DNA of 64,000 nucleotides from an uncultured Gammaproteobacteria bacterium (GCA_963764725.1 CAVXTM010000018.1:640001-704000); one strand, 5' to 3'. Shown: positions 31,037 to 41,574, counted from the stretch's first letter. Numbers and translations are program-made. The notes: generated by a model from the letters alone, not told the origin.

Positions 31037-31161
31037 TGCTTGGCTACCCGATCGGGCGTCCAGGACCACCCCAAACCGTGCTCGATGAGCTCGCGAGACA
31101 TGGTTGCTATGCGCTTGGCATCCGATAGCCTGGCGAGCCCGAGTTCAACGTGTTCAGTCAT
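31037..31161 (-). pseudogene. RimI-like GNAT acetyltransferase N-terminal fragment
   Basis: LARLSDAKRIATMSRELIEHGLGWSW..RV. Confidence 0.55.
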
Positions 31162-31406
31162 TCAATGCGTACCAGCGTAAGCGAACCAATGTTCGAAGGA
31201 GGAGCGAACAAGGTTCTATGCCCGGTCACGCGGCTTTACCCACCGCTTCCCGGCGTTTAGTCTCCCAGGCACTCGCCAAAATCTTCCACATCCATCGCTT
31301 GCGGCGAAGAGACCAGCTAACGTTTCCTGCAGGGTGTCCAGCTTAAACCTCCCAACCTGCAAGGGCCGTTTTACGGGGCTCGCTGTCCGCGCTTTGCACC
31401 GACAAG

Positions 31407-32129
31407 CTATATTCCCCATCCCGCCACCGGGAGAATCTGTCCTGTGATGCCTGCTGCCGCGTCGGATCCGAGAAAGAGCACCGCTTGCGCAATGTCTTCT
31501 CGTCGCGTCCATTTAGCAAGGTCCTTGGGCTTCATCGCAGTGATGTTGGACGCCGTGTCCACTAAGCCGGGCGCCACGGCGTTCACCCGAATCTTGGCAT
31601 CCCGTCCCTCCAGGGCAAACGTTTGGGTCAGCGCTTCGATTGCGGCTTTGGCACAATTGTAGGCCACCATGTTGGCTTGAGGGCGCGCGGCGCGCGAGAA
31701 GTTAACAATGCACCCGCCGCCACTTTCCCGCATGTGGGAAAACACCGCGCGAGAGCAAAGAAATGCGGTGAGAAGATTGTTGTTGATTTCGGCGTTCCAG
31801 TCATTGAGGGTGTGATCGATCGTAGACTTGTACCGGGTCAAACCGCCCGCGAGGTTGACCAATATGTGAATCCTGCCATAGTGAGCGATCATACGCTCTA
31901 CAGCCTGGCCGACCTGGGTTTCATCGGTGAGATCTCCCTGAAAAGCCAGCACCTTCGCGCCTTCTGCCTCAAGCTCTTTGGCACGCGCTTCAACGTTTTT
32001 CTGTGACCGTGCAGCGATCCCTAAGCCGGCGCCGTTTTGTGCGAAGACCCGTGCGACACTTTGTCCGATCTGCCCGTCGTTGCTTACGCCAGTCACGAGA
32101 GCGATTTTCCCATCCAATAGCCCACTCAT
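31407..32129 (-). CDS. SDR family NAD(P)-dependent oxidoreductase
   Basis: ALVTG....IG, LVNLAG, YNCAK (YxxxK), IRVNAVAPG, ITGQ. Confidence 0.9.
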   Translation of the reverse strand: MSGLLDGKIALVTGVSNDGQIGQSVARVFAQNGAGLGIAARSQKNVEARAKELEAEGAKVLAFQGDLTDETQVGQAVERMIAHYGRIHILVNLAGGLTRYKSTIDHTLNDWNAEINNNLLTAFLCSRAVFSHMRESGGGCIVNFSRAARPQANMVAYNCAKAAIEALTQTFALEGRDAKIRVNAVAPGLVDTASNITAMKPKDLAKWTRREDIAQAVLFLGSDAAAGITGQILPVAGWGI

Positions 32130-32534
32130 GGCGGTATCCCTCAAAGGCACTTCATCACGATTATACCCCTCTTCTCCTCCGCGGAGCTGTACCGAGAAAC
32201 CCACCCCGCGACTCATCAGTGGTGCAACGCATTTTCTTCGCGCCAGCGGATCACGTGGCCCCCACGAGTGGCTTCCTCCCCCTTGGTCATTATTGAGTTT
32301 TGCCAACCCCAATATTCCGGCAAACTTCCATTGACCGAATGGTCGGCGAGCGGGTTCCCTGCCATCCTGTCAGGGCCTTCCGCTTGCCAGGGATATCTAT
32401 CGCATCGCCTGCGCTCTTGGCAATAGATCAGGGACACGCGCTACGCTATAATAATTTTGCTCCCTTTGGTGATGAGAGCTACGGGAAGCAGGGTCGCACG
32501 TGACGAATAATAGAAGGGAATATAGGAGGAAGTT

Positions 32535-32789
32535 ATGGACGAGATTGGTATGCTTATTCCAGTACTAGTAGCGTGCATCGGTCTTTACGCGCTTTACTGG
32601 GCGAGGAAAGAAGAAGTTGTTCAGCCCGAAGGGGGTGCTCAATATCTCCGGGCCGATCAGGGCGGTGTTGTCGCCGGCGATGAGGCTGCGGCTACGGCTG
32701 ATGAGGCCACTGAAATTGAGCCTACCGCCGGCACCGAAGGTGGCCCAATTCCATTAGAATCAGAGAGAGCACCTGAAGAAGTTTCGTGA
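32535..32789 (+). CDS. Small hypothetical protein (N-terminal TM, acidic tail)
   Basis: GGAGG RBS, TATAAT upstream, terminator downstream. Confidence 0.65.
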   Translation: MDEIGMLIPVLVACIGLYALYWARKEEVVQPEGGAQYLRADQGGVVAGDEAAATADEATEIEPTAGTEGGPIPLESERAPEEVS

Positions 32790-32817
32790 TTCGTTAAGAT
32801 TGCTCATTTATGATTCC

Positions 32818-32844
32818 AAGAGCCCGGCCTTGTGCCGGGCTCTT
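32818..32844. terminator. Intrinsic terminator-like hairpin
   Basis: AAGAGCCCGGC-CTTGT-GCCGGGCTCTT, perfect 11-bp stem. Confidence 0.75.
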
Positions 32845-32917
32845 ATTATCTGGGTTGACGGACAATTCGCGCTGGCGGTTGGTCAAAGCCAAATTGGAGG
32901 GGGATTGTGGCTGCGCG

Positions 32918-33092
32918 TCATCGAGGAACCCCGAGAAACTTCGCAATGATTTCGCGGTATTCCTCCCTCGGCTGTCGCTCGCCCGTCTCCCATTGAGACA
33001 GTGAGCCGGGGTCAACTCCGAGTATCTCGGCAAGCTCTCTGTACGTAAGGCCCGATGCATTCGGTGAAGCCGTAACCGATCCCCGAGCGACC
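32918..33092 (-). pseudogene. XRE-family helix-turn-helix protein, frameshifted
   Basis: SLGDRLRLHRMHR / GLTYRELAEILGVDPGSLSQWETGERQP....IIAKFLG, with one base missing near 33051. Confidence 0.7.
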
Positions 33093-33388
33093 GGGCACCG
33101 CCAGTACTACTCGGTGAGCGCTCGAAGCGAACACTCGACCGATATCCTATTCACCCGTCGCCAGGACCTTTGCCCAATTATACCCACAACATGTTTCCGC
33201 GCAGCTGGGAAGGATCTTGAGAAGAGCATTTCCAGGAAACGCCTTGTCCGGGACGCTGTATCTGAGACGCTTCATCCGGGACGCCATACTGAGACGCCCT
33301 GACGGATGTCAGCACGCTGCATCGAGAAACTGCAGACGCCGCCGGGAGTCCATGCGGTCATGGAATCGACTCGATTCAATCCGCGCGG

Positions 33389-33658
33389 ATGAGCGCTTCC
33401 TTCCGGCGTGTGACCGGCGTGCTCCTCGACATCGACGGCACGCTGCTCGACAGCAACGATGCGCACGCGCAGTCATGGGTCGAGATCTTCCACCGCTACG
33501 GGGCTTCGGCACGCGCCGGCGTGCCGACGCTTGCGCTACGCTGTGGTGGCTGGTGGGACGATGCGGCGCTCGCGGGCGCGGTGGCGATCTACGACGATCC
33601 GGCAGCGTTGCTCGCAGACATCGATCGATCGCCGCTCGCGAGGTCTATGATGGGTTAA
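33389..33658 (+). pseudogene. HAD-family hydrolase with in-frame internal deletion
   Basis: [14 protein letters not shown] motif I joined directly to the C-terminal [21 protein letters not shown]. Confidence 0.8.
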
Positions 33659-33763
33659 CGGGGCCCACACATTTTCGCGCCTCCCGCTTTTGTGCTAGCA
33701 CGTGCGTGGACGGCCGACAGGGGTTTCTGGGTCACGGCAGTTATCAACGTGAGCGAGCAACTG

Positions 33764-34753
33764 TCACTTTTTGCGGCTTTTGCCGGCCTTCTTCCTGCCC
33801 TTCGCGCCGTTCTTCTTCGCCAGCTTCTTCTCCTCGTCCACTTCCTTCGGGACGAGGAATTCGATCGCCTTGGGCTCGATCTTGATGTCTATCGTCGCGG
33901 GTGGCTTCGGCTTTTTCTTTTCCTCCGCCGGCCACAGCTTGTCGTCGATATGGACGACGAACCCGGTCCATTCGATCTTCAGGCACTTGCCGCGGCGCGC
34001 CCCGAAGTGGGGCGGCCACGGTTTGCCCTCCTGCCAGTCCTTGATATGATCGTGCAGTAGGTCGCGGTGCTTCTCGGCGAGCAGCACGACGTCGAACTCG
34101 CCGTCGTTGCGCACGATATCCGGGGCTAGGAACAGATTGGGCCCGATGTATGCCATGTTGAGCACTTCGAACAGCAGATAGCGTCCGGAAATATCCGCGC
34201 CGTCCAGCGCGGCCTCGATTTCGACCACCGGGCAATCGGAAAGCTGCTCCCGGAAGATCTGCTGCGCGTAGGTGATCCTGATCCCGGTGTCTTTCAAACG
34301 ATCGATCGTCTTGTTATCCTGCAATTTCGGTATGGAGAACGTCAGCAGCCCGGTGCCAATGCCCTCGATGAAGTGCCGTTCGCCCCACGGCCCGGTCGCG
34401 ATGCCGGCATCGAACTTGAGCCGGCGCGCGGACTCCCAGCCCGGTATGAGCTGCGTTATTGGCAGGTCCGCGATACCGAGCGTTTTCGAGACGTTGTTCG
34501 CGGTGCCCAGGGGTAGCACTGCGATAGGCACTCCGCTCCCGATGAGACGCCTCGCAACCTTCCCCACGGTGCCGTCGCCGCCGGCCACGGCGACGAGGTG
34601 GGCCGATTGCTTAAGCGCCTTCTGCCAGCCCTTCTCCTTGGTGGACTGGTAGCGCACCTTGTAGCCGGCCTCCTTCATTAGCGCCTCGATCTGTCCGGCA
34701 GTCGGTTGCTTCTCGTCCCCAGCGCCCGGATTGTGTATGAGTGTCACGCGCAT
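33764..34753 (-). CDS. Diacylglycerol/lipid kinase family protein
   Basis: HNPGAG, AGGDGTV, LPLGTANN, YIGPN, HIDD. Confidence 0.9.
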   Translation of the reverse strand: MRVTLIHNPGAGDEKQPTAGQIEALMKEAGYKVRYQSTKEKGWQKALKQSAHLVAVAGGDGTVGKVARRLIGSGVPIAVLPLGTANNVSKTLGIADLPITQLIPGWESARRLKFDAGIATGPWGERHFIEGIGTGLLTFSIPKLQDNKTIDRLKDTGIRITYAQQIFREQLSDCPVVEIEAALDGADISGRYLLFEVLNMAYIGPNLFLAPDIVRNDGEFDVVLLAEKHRDLLHDHIKDWQEGKPWPPHFGARRGKCLKIEWTGFVVHIDDKLWPAEEKKKPKPPATIDIKIEPKAIEFLVPKEVDEEKKLAKKNGAKGRKKAGKSRKK

Positions 34754-34813
34754 GGATCTCGAACCTCAAGCCCGTGTCGGGCATTAAATTGAAATGGCCG
34801 TAAAAAACCCGTC

Positions 34814-35545
34814 ATGCGCCTGCTGATCTCCAACGACGACGGCATATACAGCCCCGGCATCGCGGCGCTCGCCGAGGTCGCGATCGAGTTCGGCGAGGTG
34901 CGCGTCGTGGCTCCGGACATGGAAAGATCGTCCGTAGGCCACTCCATCACCTCCGGGCGCCCGCTCTCGTACAAGCGCACGAAGCACATGAAAGTACAGG
35001 CCTACCGCGTCGATGGGACGCCGGCGGACTGCGTTGCGCTCGGCGCTTTCCAGTGGGAGAACGTGGACGTCGTGCTTGCCGGAATCAATCTCGGCCCCAA
35101 CATCGGCAACGGCATCTGGCACTCGGGCACGCTCGCCGCAGCGAAGCAGGCAGCGCTCATGGGTATGCGTGGCATCGCGATGAGCATCCCGGTCCTCGAG
35201 GAGGAGCCGGACTTCGAGGCCCTGAAGCCTCACATCAGGCAGGTGCTCAAACTGCTGCTGGAGGAAACCGTCCTGTCGCTGGTGAACGTCAACTTCCCGG
35301 CCACGAAGCCGAACGGCATCCTGTGGACGCGGCAATCGGTCCGCTTCTACGACGGCAAAGTGGTGGCGGGGCAGGACCCCATGGGCCGCAAGCATTTCTG
35401 GTTCACCGTCATCCCGATCAAGGAGACCGACGAGGGCAGCGATCGCTGGGCGCTCGAGCGCGGCTACATCTCGATCACGCCCCTGCGGCTCGATCTCACT
35501 GACGACAAGGAGCTCGCCATCGCGCAGAAGCAGCACCCGCTGTAA
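34814..35545 (+). CDS. surE: 5'/3'-nucleotidase SurE
   Basis: LISNDDG, VVAP, GTPADCV, GINLGPN, SGT..AA, NVNFP, SITPL. Confidence 0.93.
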   Translation: MRLLISNDDGIYSPGIAALAEVAIEFGEVRVVAPDMERSSVGHSITSGRPLSYKRTKHMKVQAYRVDGTPADCVALGAFQWENVDVVLAGINLGPNIGNGIWHSGTLAAAKQAALMGMRGIAMSIPVLEEEPDFEALKPHIRQVLKLLLEETVLSLVNVNFPATKPNGILWTRQSVRFYDGKVVAGQDPMGRKHFWFTVIPIKETDEGSDRWALERGYISITPLRLDLTDDKELAIAQKQHPL

Positions 35546-35769
35546 GAGCAGAGGGTGCCCACTCGATCGGCATGGACCTGGGAAATAGGAATTCAAACGC
35601 CCAGCCCAATGCAGCGAGATCAATTAAACAGTGAACCAGGCGCGCGAGAAATTCCATGCATCTAGACTACACTGACATCCCGGTGCATGGCTAGCTGCTC
35701 AAAGGCTTGCTGAAGTCGCTGCCGCCAATGCCCAAAGTTGTCGTTGGCATAAATCACCGGCACTTGACT

Positions 35770-35860
35770 CTTATGCGGCCGGCTTTGCGCAATGGGGCAG
35801 GTATCAGCCAGCGATCGAGCAAATCGAAACCGAACCGTACCAACAGCGCAAGGGCGGGGC
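35770..35860 (-). pseudogene. Orphan 3' end of an osmoprotectant ABC permease
   Basis: PALALLVRFGFDLLDRWLIPAPLR, homologous to the C-terminus ALALLIERGFVLLDRWLISAGLR of 39934..41457. Confidence 0.6.
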
Positions 35861-36088
35861 CATCAGCATCGTGTAAAAGGCAAAATAATACTGCCACAAT
35901 TCATCCCTCACTTGCAGTCGTGCAAGCGGGCTACTGAGCAGGGCAAATAGCCTTTCATCGCTAGCTGGATGTCGCATTGTCACGGTCTATTCAAAACACC
36001 TGTGCCGGCCTAAACTTGGATTTCGCCTAATACAGGTGACTTCTAACCTGTTCGAGCAGAAAATGATCTTTTGCGATTTGGAGCCGTC

Positions 36089-36592
36089 ATGAAGCAGATC
36101 CTAGCCGGTCTCTTTCTCTTCTCTTTGCTTGGCGGGTGTGCGAGCGACGTCCCTCTCGTGATCCGAGAACCACTGGCAGGCAACCCCAATTTGGCTGACG
36201 TGCAAAGCAACCCCAAGGCATCCATGAATCGACGCGTTCGGTGGGGTGGGACAATTGTGTCCACAAAGAGTGTCGGAAATAAATCCGAGGTGGAAATACT
36301 TGCCAAAGCAATCGACACCGACGGCCGTCCCGAACCAGGCGACGCATCGCTCGGGCGGTTCTTGGTCAGCAACGATGGGTTTCTTGACCCGGTGACATAC
36401 GGTGCCGGGCGCGAAGTAACGGTCTATGGAGTTTTGGAAAACGTGCTCATGCGCAACATCGGTGAACACCCTTACGCGTACCCATCCGTCCAAGCGACTC
36501 AGCTCTACTTGTGGCCAGAGCAGCGTGACTACGGAAACGGTACTTGGTACCCCCAGGTTAACTTTGGTGTCGGGATCGGCTTTGGTTTATGA
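36089..36592 (+). CDS. Slp family outer-membrane lipoprotein
   Basis: LGGC lipobox, VRWGG.I, GRP.....GRF, FLDP..Y..GR.VTV.G, Y.YP. Confidence 0.9.
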   Translation: MKQILAGLFLFSLLGGCASDVPLVIREPLAGNPNLADVQSNPKASMNRRVRWGGTIVSTKSVGNKSEVEILAKAIDTDGRPEPGDASLGRFLVSNDGFLDPVTYGAGREVTVYGVLENVLMRNIGEHPYAYPSVQATQLYLWPEQRDYGNGTWYPQVNFGVGIGFGL

Positions 36593-36801
36593 GGCGGCAC
36601 TTTCATGCTCGACTGGTGGCACGCGATAAGGCTTGGCCTTTATGTTCCGTCCTACACACCCGATGCGCTATGCTGAGGTTCAACACCCGCGGATGACTTC
36701 TGTCGGGTCGTAAAGAGGTTCTCCTCGGCGAACTTGCGCGGGACCAATAGCGTGAAGGTGGAGAACGCCCGCGCACCGGCCAAAGGGGGTGTAATCACCG
36801 C

Positions 36802-37555
36802 TCAAATGCCCAACGGCGCGTCTCGCGTCTCGGGCATGCGAGCAAGAACAAGCGCAAGGCCGACTGCGCCGACCCCGGCCAAGGAAAGAAACGCAGCGAC
36901 GCTCCCGGATGCATCCGCGATGTAGCCGGCGAGCGTCGTGCTGATCGACGCGCCGATGCCGACGGCGACGCCAATGACGCCTTGGGCGAAATTGAAGTGG
37001 CCGCTCCCGCGCGTGGTATCGGCGATGACGAGCGGCACAAGCACGCCGAGCGTCGCTGCCGAAATGCCGTCGAGGAGCTGCGCCGCGACGATGACGTAAG
37101 GCTCGCTTGTCGCCGCGAACACGGTGCCCCGGATCGACAACGCCACGAAGCACGAAGCCAGCAGCGGACGCCGGCCCCAGCTCTGCGCCTTGCGCCCGAC
37201 CCAGGGCGCGATGGCTGCGACCAGGAATTGCGGCGCGAGAATGCAGATCGCCAGAACAGGCGTGGCCCATTCGGGCGCGCGCATCGTCAACAGGCCTGCC
37301 ATGATCGGCAGCATTGCCGCATTGGCGAGCTGGAAGAGCACGATCGCGGCGGCAAAGATTAGCAGCGCTCGGCTGCGCGCGAGGCATAGCGAGGCCGGTA
37401 AGCGTGCCGATTGTCAGGATCAGCCCGATGTCGAGTTGCGTCCACGCAACGGACGTCAGATAGGCCGCGACGAACGGACCCCATCCGGTCTGCACATCGG
37501 CAAGAAAGAAAGCGAACCAGTCGAGCCCGCGCTGACTGCGGCGCGAGGGTTGCAC
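36802..37555 (-). pseudogene. MFS transporter with internal deletion and frameshift
   Basis: N-terminus (LDW..FFLADVQTGWGPF) joined out of frame to the C-terminal half (LFQLANAAMLP...GRRPL..., TRGSGHFN). Confidence 0.8.
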
Positions 37556-37593
37556 GGAGCGTTCAGTCCATCAGCTTGTAGGAATGAGCGGTA

Positions 37594-38904
37594 CTAATAA
37601 TTATATCCGGTCTCGTTGTGCATGCGGACATCGAGGCCTTCAGTCTCTTCCTCGGCGCTCACGCGCAAACCCAGCGTGAGATCGATGAGCTTCAAGATCA
37701 CGAAGGTTACGACAGCACACCAGACCACGGTGGCAAATATACCGATGAGCTGCGTCTGGACCTGGCTGGACATTGTCACACCCTCGGCGAAACCGACACC
37801 GCCCAAAGCCTCGGCGGCGAAGACGCCGGTCAGGGTGGTGCCGATGATGCCGCCGACTCCATGAACCGGAAACACGTCGAGGGAATCGTCCACGCGCAGG
37901 GTGCGCTTCATGAAGTTGGTCGCGAAGAAACAGATAAAACCGGCGGCCGAGCCGATGACGAGCGCCCCTAGTGGCCCGACGTAGCCGGAGGCCGGGGTGA
38001 TCGTACCAAGGCCTGCGACCATCCCGGTCACCATGCCGAGCACGCTGGGTTTGCCATAACGGATCCACTCGATCAACATCCAGGCCACTGACCCAGCCGC
38101 AGCACCGATGTGGGTCACCAGCATGGTCATCCCGGCGGTGCCATCGGCGGCGAGGGCGCTCCCCGCGTTGAAACCGAACCACCCGACCCAAAGCATGCAC
38201 GCACCGGTCACCGTCATCGTGAGGTTATGGGGAGGCATGGCGATTTCCGGGAATCCGTTGCGCCGTCCCATCACGAGGGCAGCCACTAGTGAGGCGATCC
38301 CGGCGTTGATATGCACCACGGTACCGCCGGCAAAATCCATGACACCGCGCTGCTGCAGCCAGCCGCCTCCCCAGACCCAGTGGGCTACCGGCACGTAGAC
38401 CAGCGCCAGCCACAGGATGCAGAACCAAATCAGAGACGAGAACCTCATGCGCTCGGCAAAGCCACCGACCACGAGCGCCGGTGTGATGATCGCAAAGGTC
38501 ATCTGGAACATCGCAAACACGGTCTCCGGGATGGTCCCCTTGAGTGTGCCCGGCTCGATCCCGAGCATAAAGGCGCCGTGGAAACCGCCCAACCATGGAT
38601 TGAGCGCACCGCCATCACCGAAGGCCAGGCTATACGCGAACGCTACCCACAAAAGGGATACCACGCAGGTTATGGTGAAGCACTGGATCAGGATCGAGAG
38701 GACGTTTTTGGTACGCACCAGCCCTCCATAGAACAGGGCGAGGCCCGGGAGCGTCATGAACAGCACCAAGACCGTCGAGGTAAGCATCCAGGCGGTATTG
38801 GCCGCGTTGATCGCGGGCTCCTCCGCGGCCTGTGCCCACGCCGGACAGAGTAGAAACAGAAACGTCGATGCTGCCAATGCGCAGTACGGTTTGGGGATCT
38901 GCAT
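37594..38904 (-). CDS. amtB: Ammonium transporter
   Basis: FMTLPGLALFYGG, FQMTFAIITPAL..G..AER, DFAGGTVVH, WFGFNAGS, DDSLDVF.VHG; AAGGAG RBS. Confidence 0.95.
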   Translation of the reverse strand: MQIPKPYCALAASTFLFLLCPAWAQAAEEPAINAANTAWMLTSTVLVLFMTLPGLALFYGGLVRTKNVLSILIQCFTITCVVSLLWVAFAYSLAFGDGGALNPWLGGFHGAFMLGIEPGTLKGTIPETVFAMFQMTFAIITPALVVGGFAERMRFSSLIWFCILWLALVYVPVAHWVWGGGWLQQRGVMDFAGGTVVHINAGIASLVAALVMGRRNGFPEIAMPPHNLTMTVTGACMLWVGWFGFNAGSALAADGTAGMTMLVTHIGAAAGSVAWMLIEWIRYGKPSVLGMVTGMVAGLGTITPASGYVGPLGALVIGSAAGFICFFATNFMKRTLRVDDSLDVFPVHGVGGIIGTTLTGVFAAEALGGVGFAEGVTMSSQVQTQLIGIFATVVWCAVVTFVILKLIDLTLGLRVSAEEETEGLDVRMHNETGYNY

Positions 38905-38929
38905 ACGGATCGCTCCTTGTTTATTATTT

Positions 38930-39086
38930 AAGGGCACTTCGATCAATTTCTTCCCTGCAATTTATCGAATCGCAAAGCAAAAAGCGTGGTTCTCGCTCTG
39001 CTCCATTGGTCAATCACTTAACGTGATCGACCAATGTCCTCACGTCCCTGTGAGGGCGGGCACTCCGAATTAATCGAAGTGCCTTT
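38930..39086. mobile_element. MITE-like element directly upstream of amtB
   Basis: Inverted ends AAGGGCACTTCGATCAATT / AATTAATCGAAGTGCCTTT; internal hairpins at 39004-39036 and 39038-39055. Confidence 0.65.
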
Positions 39087-39187
39087 AATAATACCTGAAA
39101 TAAGGCGTTACGAAGCGAAATATCGTTAGCGTTGCGCTTCCTCGTCGTTTTTTCCGTACACTATCATGGCTGTTCATCGAGGGCCGC

Positions 39188-39937
39188 ATGATATCGGTCG
39201 AGAACATTTCGAAAACTTTCGGCGGGCAAGCCGCGCTGCTGCCGACGACGCTCACTTTCCAAACGCGAGCGACAACAGTGTTGATTGGGCCGAGCGGCTG
39301 CGGCAAATCAACCTTGCTGCGGCTGATTGCAGGTTTGATCTCCTACGACAGCGGACGTATAGCAATCAACGGAGTTGGGCTGACTGCCGGCAACGCTGAC
39401 AAGGCGCGTCACGCAATCGGCTACGTCATCCAGGAAGGCGGGCTTTTTCCGCACTTGACAGCGCAGCAGAACGTCAGTTTGCTTGCGCGTTTTCTAAAGC
39501 GCCCCGCGAATTGGATCGCTGAGCGCGTCGAATTTTTGTCCGCGCTGGTAAACATTCCTAAGAATGCGCTCGCGCGCTATCCGCAGCAGTTGTCGGGCGG
39601 GCAGCGCCAACGCATTTCACTCATGCGGGCGTTGATGCTTGATCCGCCGCTCATGTTGCTCGACGAACCGCTCGGCGCGCTCGATCCCATCGTGCGGGCC
39701 GAGCTTCAAGCTGAGTTGAAAACCATATTCAACAAGCTTGGCAAGACTGTCGTCTTTGTCACTCACGATATGAACGAGGCTGCGTATTTCGCCGATGAGA
39801 TTGTGCTCATGCGCGATGGCAAGGTCGTACAGCATGGAGCGCTCGACGATTTGCTCAAGCGTCCGGCCGATCCTTTCGTGCTCGAATTCATTCGCGCCCA
39901 GCGTTCGCTCCTCGCCGAACGGATGGCTGAAATGTGA
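39188..39937 (+). CDS. Osmoprotectant ABC transporter ATP-binding subunit
   Basis: GPSGCGKST, IGYVIQ..GLFPH, LSGGQ, LLDEP.GALD, FVTHD. Confidence 0.92.
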   Translation: MISVENISKTFGGQAALLPTTLTFQTRATTVLIGPSGCGKSTLLRLIAGLISYDSGRIAINGVGLTAGNADKARHAIGYVIQEGGLFPHLTAQQNVSLLARFLKRPANWIAERVEFLSALVNIPKNALARYPQQLSGGQRQRISLMRALMLDPPLMLLDEPLGALDPIVRAELQAELKTIFNKLGKTVVFVTHDMNEAAYFADEIVLMRDGKVVQHGALDDLLKRPADPFVLEFIRAQRSLLAERMAEM

Positions 39938-41457
39938 TTGGTTTGTGTACACAGTTTTCAATAATTAGCTTGGTCGCGGCACTCGCAGCCTTTCCGGTGT
40001 TTGCGCAGGAGGCACTCAACTTCGCGTCCAAGCGATTCACCGAATCCTACATCCTGGGTGAGATCGTCACCCAGACCGCGCAGAGCGCGGACGAGACGCC
40101 CGTTTTTTACAAGCCAGGTCTGGGCAACACGGCAATATTGTTCGCAGCGTTGCAAACCGGCCGCGTTGCAGCCTACCCGGAATATACCGGCACGATCGTT
40201 CGAGAGTTGCTGACGATAGAAGATGCGAGCATCGCGGAAATCAATCGCAAGCTCGCGCCGCTTGGGCTCGCTGCCAGTATTCCGTTCGGCTTTGTCAACA
40301 ACTACGCACTCGCGATGCTGGAAGCGAAAGCAAACGAACTCGGTATCGCCACGATTTCAGAACTCGCGGATCACCCGACGCTTGAACTGGGTCTCTCACA
40401 GGAGTTCCTGCAACGCAACGACGGCTGGCCGCTCGTCACAACTCGATACGAGCTGCCGTTTGCCGCGCCGCGCACAATTGATCACGGCCTCGCATACGAA
40501 GCGCTTGCCGCGCGCGAAATAGACGTTATGGACATTTACTCGACCGACGCGAAGATCGCCAAGTACAAGCTGCGCGTGCTACGCGATGACCGCACGGTGT
40601 TTCCGGCGTACGAAGCCGTGCTGCTACATCGCGCCGATCTGCCACAGCGTTGGCCAAAAGCCTGGGCCGCGTTGCAGAGTCTCGAAGGCAAGATTACTGC
40701 GGCGCAAATGATCGAGATGAATGCCGCGGCCGAGCTCGAAGGCCGCGCGTTCGCGCAAATCGCCGAGGAGTTCTTGCACGGAGGATCGCCTTCACCAGCC
40801 GCGAGCCGGGATCGACGTTTCAGCGATCTTCTATTCGGCGGGGATTTCTGGCGGCTGACCCGAGAGCACTTGGCGCTCGTGCTGATTTCGCTTGGCCTTG
40901 CATGCCTTGCCGCGGTGCCTCTCGGTATCGTGGCTGCGCGAGTGCCTAAAGCCGCGCAACCCATCCTGTCAGTCGTCAGCGTAATTCAAACAATTCCATC
41001 GCTCGCGCTGCTGGCGTTTTTGATCCCGCTCTTGAATCGCATCGGCACGCTACCAGCGCTTATAGCGTTGTTTCTCTACTCGCTTCTTCCGATCGTGCGC
41101 AATACCCACAGTGGGCTGACTTCGATCCCCTCTTCTCTCCAGGAGTCCGCACGTGCCCTTGGCCTGCCATCCCTTGCGCGCTTGCGTTTGATCGAGCTGC
41201 CGCTCGCGGCGTCCTCGATTGTGGCGGGAATCAAGACCTCTGCGGTCATCAGTGTCGGCACCGCCACGATCGCCGCTTTCATCGGCGCCGGCGGTTACGG
41301 TGAACGCATCCTCGCGGGGCTCGCAGTCAACGATAACGCAGTACTGCTCGCTGGAGCGATTCCGGCTGCGGCGCTGGCGCTTCTTATCGAGCGCGGATTC
41401 GTACTGCTCGATCGCTGGCTGATATCGGCGGGATTGCGGCACGCCAGATCGCCGTGA
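39934..41457 (+). CDS. Glycine betaine-type ABC transporter, fused substrate-binding protein and permease
   Basis: SKRFTESYILGE, YPEYTGT, YSTD, FP.Y; QTIPSLALL, LPIVRNT, GAGGYG; overlaps the ATPase stop (GTGA). Confidence 0.9.
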   Translation: MIGLCTQFSIISLVAALAAFPVFAQEALNFASKRFTESYILGEIVTQTAQSADETPVFYKPGLGNTAILFAALQTGRVAAYPEYTGTIVRELLTIEDASIAEINRKLAPLGLAASIPFGFVNNYALAMLEAKANELGIATISELADHPTLELGLSQEFLQRNDGWPLVTTRYELPFAAPRTIDHGLAYEALAAREIDVMDIYSTDAKIAKYKLRVLRDDRTVFPAYEAVLLHRADLPQRWPKAWAALQSLEGKITAAQMIEMNAAAELEGRAFAQIAEEFLHGGSPSPAASRDRRFSDLLFGGDFWRLTREHLALVLISLGLACLAAVPLGIVAARVPKAAQPILSVVSVIQTIPSLALLAFLIPLLNRIGTLPALIALFLYSLLPIVRNTHSGLTSIPSSLQESARALGLPSLARLRLIELPLAASSIVAGIKTSAVISVGTATIAAFIGAGGYGERILAGLAVNDNAVLLAGAIPAAALALLIERGFVLLDRWLISAGLRHARSP

Positions 41458-41574
41458 CAATCAGAGGCAAATGAATGCTTAAAGGACTGGTGGCCAAGGG
41501 GCATAGCCTGCTGCTTGGCCGTGGGCACAGGAAGATGGGACCCATCTTCCTGTCGCTGCATTGGCAGGCCGCCG

